Position numbers and translations under genes: made by a program. The notes under the pieces are model-generated. The model was not told the DNA's origin. It made no database searches and saw nothing but the letters and a program-made list of their open reading frames with translations. Below are positions 1-7,274 of a DNA stretch of 34,348 nucleotides, in pieces (the first letter of the stretch is position 1; each line of letters begins with the position of its first letter). Source of the stretch: Kiritimatiellia bacterium (GTDB taxonomy: Bacteria > Verrucomicrobiota > Kiritimatiellia > RFP12 > JAZUKQ01); the NCBI GenBank assembly GCA_045643325.1, contig JAZUKQ010000044.1:1-34348 (forward strand). The letters run 5' to 3'.

Positions 1-134
1 GGCGGCGTTGCCGCCACCCCCCGCGCGGCGGGGGGCGGGCTTCGCCCCGCCAACGCGAAGTCGGAATGACGACGCCTCTGCGTGTGTCTTGGGCTGCGCG
101 GCTCCACGCGTCGCTTGGGCGCCGCGCGTCCACG

Positions 135-257
135 ATCGGGCGGAGCCCGGCCCCCCCGAGGGGGCTGCCGCTTGCGGCTGGGGGTGTTTTTTCCTCTCTG
201 CGGCAACACCCTCCGCCCCTTCGGGGCACCTCCCTCCAGGGAGGCGCCTGCGGCGGG
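135..257 (-). repeat. REP/REPIN-like palindromic repeat doublet (copy of 24295-24419)
   Basis: The reverse complement of 135-257 aligns almost base for base with 24295-24419. It contains hairpins GCCCC-TTC-GGGGC, CCTCCCT-CC-AGGGAGG and GCCGC-TT-GCGGC. Further GC hairpins lie at 1-50. Confidence 0.85.
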
Positions 258-861
258 ACTCGTCGTCAACCAGCCCGGCGCCGTATGGGAATGGGGATCC
301 GGGTTCAACTGGGCCACGCCGGACACGACGGCCACCGGCTATCAGCTCGGCAACGAGCGCGCGTGCGTCATGCTCCCGCTCGTCAGCACCAACAACTACG
401 TGAAGCCGCGCAAGATCAAGGTCGACGCGACCTTCGAGTACATCAGCGGCATGTGCCTCGCCGGATTCTGGTCCGCCAACCCCTTCCTGGCCACCGGCGG
501 CGACCTCAACGTCTACAACGGCTTCACAGGCTTCCGCTTCAACGCCCACAAGGGGACGCTGCAGCTCTACGCCGACGGCGCGGCCCGGGGCGAGCTGCTC
601 TCGATCCCCTTCCTCGACCCGAAGGGCGAATACACGCTCTCGTTCCTCATCGACACGAAGCATGGCACGGTGAGCTATGTGACGTGGAACGGCTTCCTCG
701 TCGGCGAGTTCGACACGACGGCCTTCACGGACGCGGCGACCGCGTACGTCGGAGTCGGCACCGGCGCCAACGGCGACTCCGGCGGAGCCAATTCCCGCGG
801 ACGCTTCTCGTATCTCGAGGTCTCCACGCCGATAGAATGCACCATGTTCCTGATCAAGTAG
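256..861 (+). pseudogene. 5'-truncated exported beta-rich protein (C-terminal fragment), ending ...STPIECTMFLIK
   Basis: Gene-like codon bias (GTC/GGC/TTC/AAC) starts abruptly at ~256 (GLVVNQPG...). The ORF-track N-terminus (82-255) is mostly translated repeat DNA, and an in-frame TGA lies at 67-69. No signal peptide or RBS is visible. Confidence 0.55.
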
Positions 862-865
862 CCGG

Positions 866-925
866 GGCGCGACCGCGTCGCGTCAGGGATGAGGGGCAGG
901 CAATGAGATGCGACTGCGTCGCGTC
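866..925. repeat. Two direct copies of a 19-bp hairpin G(G/A)YGCGAC-YGC-GTCGCGTC (REP-like)
   Basis: ggcgcgaccgcgtcgcgtc at 866-884 and gatgcgactgcgtcgcgtc at 907-925, between convergent genes. Confidence 0.6.
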
Positions 926-1038
926 AAAGGGGAGGCGTCAGGGGGAGACGTCAGGCAACAGGGGTGGAATTCTCTCCTTCAAATATTGCCCATAGCCTAC
1001 CCCTGACCGCCGCGCGGCATTCTCCGGTAAGCCGCGTC

Positions 1039-2655
1039 CTACCAGACGTTTTCGTTCCGAAACTCGGTGCCTCGGAGGGCGGCGCGCACGAACGAGCCCC
1101 AAAACGGCGTCGGGGAGAAATTGTCCCAGTCGGAAAGGACACACGGAGAGGCGCCGGTATGGAAACTCCAGGCGGTCCAATGGATTTTATGCTCCTGGAT
1201 GCACGAAAGAATCGCGGGCGCCCATTCGTACGGATCTTGGAGATCCTTCTCGAACTCCATCTTCTCGAGCTGGCAGCCGACCTCGCCCATAAACACGGGG
1301 ACTTTCTCCAGCGCTTTGATGAAATTCCCTTCCCAGTCCCGTTTCCACGGATACACATGGGTGGAATAGACGATGCCGTTTCCTCCGGGATCCTTCAGCG
1401 CATAGCCGTCCAGCACGCCCGAAAGATCGTACGCCCAGTCGAGCCCTCCGCACACCACCACATTTTTCGCGCCTGTGGAGCGGACCGCGTCGACCAGCGC
1501 CTGCATTCCGATGGAGACCTGGACTTCCGCCGCCTCGTTGTTCTCCGCAATCGCCGTCGCCGCGCCTCCGTCGGACAGAGTGCCGCCGTCGCGCCATTCG
1601 CGCCAAGAGATGTCGTGCGGCTCGTTGAGAAGGTCGAACATCACGCCCGGCCTGTTCGCGTAGCGAGAGGCGGCGCTCTTCCAGAATTCGGCGTGCGATT
1701 CGGTCGGCGCCTTGTACTCGTGAAGATCAAGAAGGATGTAGCATCCGTTCCGGTTCGCGTAGTCGATGATCCGGTCCACGTGCGCACGGTAGCCGGCGCC
1801 GCCGTCGTCGCGCCGGTTGAAGGGCTCCGGACTCCGTCCGAACCAGTGCACGGACTTGAGAGAGAGGCGGATGACGTTCGCGCGCCAGTCCTCGACCGCC
1901 CGGACGACGGACTCGTCGAGATGGTCGCCGTCGACCAGCCAGTCGAGACTGGGGCAGCAGACACCCTGGAGCCAGAGCTCGCGGCCGTCGAGCGTGACAA
2001 GCTTGTTTCCCTTCACAACCGGCGTGTCGAACTTCGTAATCGGATTCATTTCGGTCTCCGGAAACGCGGGCGTCTTCTTCTGTTCTTTTGACCCATCGGG
2101 AGCGGACGCCACGTCTTCGCCCTCCGCGAGCGCCGTGAGGCGTATGTCGTCAAGATCGAAGGTGCCGGCCGCCGCGCAGAAAAGGGTCGGCATGAAGACG
2201 AGAAGTGTCGTTCCCTCCGGAATCGGATAGCGGGCCTCGCGCGTCGTCCATCCGGACGTGTCGCCGTTGAAATAGACCGGCTCGAGTTCATGATCGCCCG
2301 ACGCGTCGCGGGTTTTCGCGATAATCCGGGCATCGTGCCATTTCTCGGCGCCGAGCTGAAGTCCGGCGACACGAGCACGGAACGAGAGCGCGACCTTCCG
2401 GGTCCCTTCGGGAAGCGGGAACTCGCAGTACAGGTTATGCATCTCTCCGGGCCGTTCGCATACGATGCGCGCGAAATGATTCCCGTCGGCGTCTTTTTCC
2501 CACCGGACCGGACCGCCGACCGGCCATCCCTCGGGACCTGTTCCGGAAGCGTCGGCCTTCTCGAACGACGGATTCCGGACAAGCTCCGTCGCGGCGGACG
2601 CGAGCAGCGCGGACAAGGCGAGAGCGGTAAAGGCGATTCGTCGGAGAGAGATCAT
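1039..2655 (-). CDS. Secreted glycoside hydrolase family 5 with N-terminal CBM4/9-like domain
   Basis: Signal peptide MISLRRIAFTALALSALLASAA and AGAAGGAG RBS upstream of ATG 2655. 'LVRNPSFE...PEGW' is a CBM-like start. GH5 motifs are ILLDLH, FDLLNEP (acid/base), YSTHVY, FMGEVG (nucleophile) and WTAWSF. Confidence 0.85.
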   Translation of the reverse strand: MISLRRIAFTALALSALLASAATELVRNPSFEKADASGTGPEGWPVGGPVRWEKDADGNHFARIVCERPGEMHNLYCEFPLPEGTRKVALSFRARVAGLQLGAEKWHDARIIAKTRDASGDHELEPVYFNGDTSGWTTREARYPIPEGTTLLVFMPTLFCAAAGTFDLDDIRLTALAEGEDVASAPDGSKEQKKTPAFPETEMNPITKFDTPVVKGNKLVTLDGRELWLQGVCCPSLDWLVDGDHLDESVVRAVEDWRANVIRLSLKSVHWFGRSPEPFNRRDDGGAGYRAHVDRIIDYANRNGCYILLDLHEYKAPTESHAEFWKSAASRYANRPGVMFDLLNEPHDISWREWRDGGTLSDGGAATAIAENNEAAEVQVSIGMQALVDAVRSTGAKNVVVCGGLDWAYDLSGVLDGYALKDPGGNGIVYSTHVYPWKRDWEGNFIKALEKVPVFMGEVGCQLEKMEFEKDLQDPYEWAPAILSCIQEHKIHWTAWSFHTGASPCVLSDWDNFSPTPFWGSFVRAALRGTEFRNENVW

Positions 2656-2814
2656 CGGGTGGCTCCTTCTAGGCGAGGAACACGGATTCCCGCGCGGTAA
2701 ACGAGTTGTGAGGGTTGAGAAACGGAACATCGGAAGAGGGAGGAAACGAGCCCCCGCCTTCCCGCGTCGAACCGAACACTCCGCGAAAACGCGGCGGGCA
2801 TTGGAGAATCGGTG

Positions 2815-4623
2815 TTATTTTTCCTCGTCGGTGTTGGTCCGGAGGACGGCGATGAAGGCCTCCTGCGGGACATTGACCTGTCCACAGAGCTTCATCCGCT
2901 TCTTGCCTTCCTTCTGCTTGTTGAGAAGCTTCATCTTGCGTGTGACGTCGCCTCCATAGAGTTTCGCCGTGACGTCCTTCCGGAACGGGCGGATGTCCTC
3001 GCGGGCGATGATGTTCGCCCCGAGCGCCGCCTGAATCGGAATTTTGAACATGTGCGGAGGAATGACCTCTTTCAGCGCGGCGCACATCTGGCGGCCGCGG
3101 GCGACGGCCTTGTCCTTGTGGACCATCGAGGAAAACGCGTCGACGGGCTCTCCGTTGAGCAGGATATCCATGCGGACAATGTCGCTCCGCTGATAACCGC
3201 AATACTCGTAGTCCATGGAGGCGTAGCCGTGGGAGACCGCCTTCAGCGTGTCATGGAAATCGATGAGAATCTCGTTGAGAGGCAGCGTGCAGGTGAGGAT
3301 GACGCGCGTGGCGTCAAGACTGTCGGTCTTGTCGACCGTGCCGCGGTGCTCCATCACGACGCGCATGATGTCGCCGATGACAGAGGAAGGCGTGATAATC
3401 GTCGCCTTGATGAGAGGCTCCTCGATGAAATCGGTCTGCGTCGGGTCGGGCATCCGGATCGGATTGTCGATCTCCTCGGTCTTTCCGTTGGAAAGCGTGA
3501 CTCGGTAGACGACGGCGGGATGCGTCGAGATGATGTCCACGCCGAACTCGCGGCGGAGGCGCTCCTCGACGACCTCCATGTGCAGAAGTCCGAGAAATCC
3601 GCACCGGAATCCGAAGCCGAGCGCTACGGAACTCTCCGGATGGAATGTGAAGGCGGCGTCGTTGAGACGAAGCTTGTCGAGACTCTGGCGGACCTTCTCA
3701 TATTCGTCGGTACTGACGGGATAGACGCCGCTGAAGACCATCGGATGGATGTCCTTGAAACCGGCGAGAGGCTCTTCCGCGGGAGCGCCTCGGCTCGTCA
3801 CGGTGTCGCCGATGCGAATTTCTCGGGGATCTTTGACCGTGCCGATGATGTAGCCGACCTGACCGACGCCGAGTTCGTCGACGACGGTCATCTGCGGGGA
3901 AAAGATTCCGACCTCTTTGAGCTGCGTCTCAATACCGGTCCCCATGAATTGGACGTTGTCTCCGGCCCGGAGCGAACCGTCCACCACACGGACGTAGGTG
4001 ATGACGCCGCGGTAGGCGTCGTAGACGGAGTCGAAAACGAGCGCGCGGACGCCTTTTCCGGCGCTTTTCGGGGGCGGGACCTGCGCGACGATGCGCTCCA
4101 TGAGCTCCGGAACGCCGACGCCCGTCTTCGCGCTCACATGGATGGCGTCGTCCATCGGGATGGCGAGCGCCTCCTCGATCTGGTGCGAGGTGCCCTCGAC
4201 ATCGGCGCTCGGAAGATCGACTTTGTTCAGAACAGGAATGATTTCGAGCAGATGCTCCTGGGCGAGGTAGGTGTTGGCGACGGTCTGCGCCTGAACGCCC
4301 TGGGCGGCGTCGACGAGAAGGACGGCGCCCTCGCAGGCGGCCATGCTCCGGGAGACCTCATAGGTGAAATCGACGTGCCCCGGGGTGTCGATGAGATTGA
4401 ACTGGTACTCTTCGCCGTTTTGAGCGACATATTTCATCGTCACAGGGTGCGACTTGATGGTGATGCCGCGCTCCCGCTCGAGGTCCATGGCGTCGAGCAT
4501 CTGGTCACGGAACGTCCGTTCGTCGACCGACTGCGTAAGTTGGAGGATACGGTCGGCGAGAGTCGACTTTCCATGATCGATATGGGCGAAAATGCAGAAG
4601 TTCCGGATATGGTCTGGATTCAT
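2815..4623 (-). CDS. lepA: Elongation factor 4 (LepA)
   Basis: IRNFCIFAHIDHGKSTLADR, ERERGITIK, NLIDTPGHVDF, GFRCGFLGLLH and RKDVTAKLYGGDVTRKMKLL. Start moved to MNPDHIRN (4623). Confidence 0.98.
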   Translation of the reverse strand: MNPDHIRNFCIFAHIDHGKSTLADRILQLTQSVDERTFRDQMLDAMDLERERGITIKSHPVTMKYVAQNGEEYQFNLIDTPGHVDFTYEVSRSMAACEGAVLLVDAAQGVQAQTVANTYLAQEHLLEIIPVLNKVDLPSADVEGTSHQIEEALAIPMDDAIHVSAKTGVGVPELMERIVAQVPPPKSAGKGVRALVFDSVYDAYRGVITYVRVVDGSLRAGDNVQFMGTGIETQLKEVGIFSPQMTVVDELGVGQVGYIIGTVKDPREIRIGDTVTSRGAPAEEPLAGFKDIHPMVFSGVYPVSTDEYEKVRQSLDKLRLNDAAFTFHPESSVALGFGFRCGFLGLLHMEVVEERLRREFGVDIISTHPAVVYRVTLSNGKTEEIDNPIRMPDPTQTDFIEEPLIKATIITPSSVIGDIMRVVMEHRGTVDKTDSLDATRVILTCTLPLNEILIDFHDTLKAVSHGYASMDYEYCGYQRSDIVRMDILLNGEPVDAFSSMVHKDKAVARGRQMCAALKEVIPPHMFKIPIQAALGANIIAREDIRPFRKDVTAKLYGGDVTRKMKLLNKQKEGKKRMKLCGQVNVPQEAFIAVLRTNTDEEK

Positions 4624-4630
4624 AGGCGGA

Positions 4631-4639
4631 AGTATACCA
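4631..4639 (-). promoter_or_regulatory. Extended -10 promoter (TGgTATACT) for lepA, probably leaderless
   Basis: The minus strand reads TGGTATACT-TCCGCCT-ATG, so the -10 hexamer ends 7 nt before the start codon. No SD sequence. Confidence 0.6.
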
Positions 4640-4764
4640 TAGACCATGCGCGCGCGGAAGCGGAGGAGCGACCGGGATTTCACACTCAAAAAAGGGGGTA
4701 TCCGGCGTATTTTTTCTGATGGACGGGCGTGTATGATTCTTTAACGAAATTCGAAAAAAGGGGG

Positions 4765-4793
4765 TTGCGCTCACATCCGGGGTATGGTATCCT
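4765..4793 (+). promoter_or_regulatory. Sigma70-type promoter of tRNA-Asp
   Basis: TTGCGC-17 bp-TATCCT with an extended TG and an upstream A-tract, ending 16 nt before the tRNA. Confidence 0.65.
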
Positions 4794-4809
4794 ATCGCAC
4801 ATCACCCGC

Positions 4810-4886
4810 GGGGGTGTAGCTCAATTGGTTAGAGCACCGGACTGTCGATCCGGCGGTTGCGAGTTCGATCCTCGTCGCTCCCGCCA
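4810..4886 (+). tRNA. tRNA-Asp (GTC)
   Basis: Cloverleaf with acceptor GGGGGTG/CGCTCCC, D-arm TAGCTCAATTGGTTAGAGC, anticodon arm CCGGA-CTGTCGA-TCCGG, T-loop GTTCGATC and encoded CCA. Confidence 0.97.
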
Positions 4887-4893
4887 CTCTTCT

Positions 4894-4930
4894 AAAGGGC
4901 GGCTTCTCTCGGAGAAGCCCCCCTTTTTCT
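4894..4930 (+). terminator. Rho-independent terminator after tRNA-Asp
   Basis: Stem GGCTTCTC-TCG-GAGAAGCC followed by a T-rich tract. Confidence 0.7.
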
Positions 4931-4945
4931 GTTTTCTCGTCTCCC

Positions 4946-5740
4946 ATGATTTCCCAATTTCTCAAAGTTCTGATTCTGGCCGTCATTCAAGGTATCGCGG
5001 AATTCCTTCCCATCAGCAGTTCGGGGCATCTGGTTGTCGGAAAAACGCTCTTCCAACTCAATTCGCCTGGAACGCTCTTAGAAATCGCCCTGCACGCAGG
5101 TACATTGCTCTCCGTCTGCGTCTTCTACGCGAAAGATATCGGAGAATTGGTCTCCGGTCTTTTTAAAGGCGAGAAGTCCGCATGGCGTTACGCCGGCGCG
5201 GTTCTTCTCTCGATGATTCCCTGCGGGCTTGTCTATGTGTTTTTTGGCGACAGGCTGGAGAGCTTTTTCGGAAAGGCCTCCTGGATCGGTCCATTCTGGA
5301 TTCTCACCGGCGTTCTTCTCCTCACCATGCGGAAAAAGTCCGGTGATTTGAGTATCTCCCCGCTCCGAGGACTTCTCATCGGCATCGCGCAGGCCGTCGC
5401 GATGCTGCCCGGAGTCAGCCGTTCCGGAACGACCATCTGGGCCGCGGGCCACCTCCATGTCAAATCCGGCGAGGCGGCGCGCTTTTCGTTTCTTATGAGC
5501 GTTCCCGTCCTCGCGGGAGCGGTCCTTATGATGGTCAAAGACGTCGTTTTCGGCGATCCGGACCCCTCGGGAGAACGTATTCCTCTCTGGATACTCGCTT
5601 CCGGCGCGCTGATCGCCGCTGTGGTCGGCTATTTGGCGCTCTCGCTTCTTGTTCGCATGCTTAATCGAGGCCGTTTCTGGGTGTTTGGAATCTACTGTCT
5701 CGTCATCGGCATCGCCGCGACGCTCGCGTTCGCCCTATAG
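4946..5740 (+). CDS. uppP: Undecaprenyl-diphosphate phosphatase
   Basis: IQGIAEFLPISSSGHL and AMLPGVSRSGTTI BacA motifs, 'AARFSFLMSVP', and multiple TM segments. Confidence 0.95.
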   Translation: MISQFLKVLILAVIQGIAEFLPISSSGHLVVGKTLFQLNSPGTLLEIALHAGTLLSVCVFYAKDIGELVSGLFKGEKSAWRYAGAVLLSMIPCGLVYVFFGDRLESFFGKASWIGPFWILTGVLLLTMRKKSGDLSISPLRGLLIGIAQAVAMLPGVSRSGTTIWAAGHLHVKSGEAARFSFLMSVPVLAGAVLMMVKDVVFGDPDPSGERIPLWILASGALIAAVVGYLALSLLVRMLNRGRFWVFGIYCLVIGIAATLAFAL

Positions 5741-5798
5741 CGCGGAATTCGTTGGTCTGGTTTTGAAAACACGGAATCCGGTCTAAACTCTTGGATTT

Positions 5799-7265
5799 AT
5801 GATGAAAAAAACTACTCTTGGCTCCTCTGTGAAAGAACCGACCGTCGGTTTTGTCAGTCTCGGATGCGCGAAAAACCAAGTCGATCTTCAAGTTATGGCG
5901 GGAGAATTGCTCCACGCGGGTCTTCGACTCGCCCCCTCTCCCGAAAAAGCGGACGTTATCCTTGTCAACACGTGCGCGTTCATCGAGAGTGCCAGAGAGG
6001 AGGCCGCGGACCAGATTCTTTGGGCTTGCGAACGAAAGGCGAAGGGCGCCTGTCGGGCAGTTGTCGTTTCCGGATGTCTTCCCCAGCGGTATGCGGACAA
6101 AATGCACGAGGCATTCCCCGATATCGACGCGATTCTCGGGGTTGACGATCTCGACAAACTCCCTGAAATTGTTAAACAAATTATTAATAACGATTGCAAT
6201 AGTAACTATAAAGAGAAACAGTCTTCCAAGACAGAAACAGCCAAAAAAGTAAAAAAAATCGGTGTTTCTTCCTCGTTTTTCACGAACGGGGTATCCTCCG
6301 GGACACCATGCAGAGTGTTCGATCCGAAAGAGCCTGGTCTTATCCTTTCCGGGGGGCCGTTCGCCTATCTGAAAATCGCGGAAGGTTGTTTTCATGCCTG
6401 CGCGTTTTGCGCCATTCCGGGAATCCGGGGAAAATTCAGGTCTCGGTCTATCGACGCGATTCTCGACGAGGCGCGGGGCATTCTCGACGCGGGGATTCAT
6501 GAGATCAACCTTGTCGCGCAGGATGTCACAGGATTTGGAAAAGATATTCCGAAGGGACCGCGTCTTCCGGATCTCCTGAAAGAATTGGATAAACTTGAGG
6601 GTGATTTCAAAATTCGGCTGCTTTACGGCTATCCTGCGACGGTGACAGACGAGCTGCTGGAATGGATGGTCACAAGTCCGCACGCCTGCCGCTATCTGGA
6701 TATCCCGATCCAACACTCCGATCCGGACATTCTTCGGGCCATGCGCCGCGCGGAAACGGTTTCGGCGGTTGAAGGATTTGTAAAAAAAGCCCGCGAGAAA
6801 GTCCCGGGGATCACACTTCGGACAACCGTGCTCGTGGGTTTCCCAGGAGAAACAGAGGAGCATTTCAAACATCTCCTCAACTACATCAAGGACTCGGAAT
6901 TCGACCATTTGGGGGTCTTTCCTTTCTACCCAGAAGAAGGAACCGCCGCTTTCGAAATGGGTGACGACCCCGACGCGGAGACCGGAAACGTCCGCGCCGA
7001 CAAGGTGATGGCCGTTCAAAAGAAAATTTCGACCAATCGGTTGAAAGCCTTGGTCGGCACACGCGGCGAGGTGATTTTGGAGGCTCCTTCGGAAGAAAAC
7101 GGTCCGGATGTATGGATCGGCCGCTCGACCTCCCAGGCGCCGGACGGCATTGATGGTTCGACCTATATTTTCGGTGTCCCGGAAAACGCCGAACCAGGTT
7201 CTTGGATTCCTGTCACGTTCACCGGTGTGGACGAGTACGACCTCTTGGCGGAATACCTTGGATAG
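5799..7265 (+). CDS. rimO: Ribosomal protein S12 methylthiotransferase RimO
   Basis: SLGCAKNQVD, VNTCAFIESAREE, SGCLPQRY, radical SAM motif YLKIAEGCFHACAFCAIP, YLDIPIQH, VGFPGETEE and a C-terminal TRAM domain (APDGIDG). Confidence 0.93.
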   Translation: MMKKTTLGSSVKEPTVGFVSLGCAKNQVDLQVMAGELLHAGLRLAPSPEKADVILVNTCAFIESAREEAADQILWACERKAKGACRAVVVSGCLPQRYADKMHEAFPDIDAILGVDDLDKLPEIVKQIINNDCNSNYKEKQSSKTETAKKVKKIGVSSSFFTNGVSSGTPCRVFDPKEPGLILSGGPFAYLKIAEGCFHACAFCAIPGIRGKFRSRSIDAILDEARGILDAGIHEINLVAQDVTGFGKDIPKGPRLPDLLKELDKLEGDFKIRLLYGYPATVTDELLEWMVTSPHACRYLDIPIQHSDPDILRAMRRAETVSAVEGFVKKAREKVPGITLRTTVLVGFPGETEEHFKHLLNYIKDSEFDHLGVFPFYPEEGTAAFEMGDDPDAETGNVRADKVMAVQKKISTNRLKALVGTRGEVILEAPSEENGPDVWIGRSTSQAPDGIDGSTYIFGVPENAEPGSWIPVTFTGVDEYDLLAEYLG

Positions 7266-7274
7266 TCATAAAAA

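Noticed and set aside
2812-4719. 635-aa ORF antisense to lepA (also 964-2091, 5703-7019, 9518-10801, 15704-17410, 18892-20901, 21925-24648, 27113-29272, 31988-34027)
   Set aside because: These are shadow ORFs from high GC and codon bias on the opposite strand of well-supported genes, and they show no recognisable motifs.
4810-4950. tRNA-Asp as an integration site for an island or prophage
   Set aside because: No integrase is present, no duplicated tRNA 3' end was seen, and core genes follow directly.
6168-6200. dif site in the AT-rich rimO insert
   Set aside because: No adequate match to the XerD arm TTATGTTAAAT with a 6-bp spacer, and it lies in an origin-like rather than terminus-like context.
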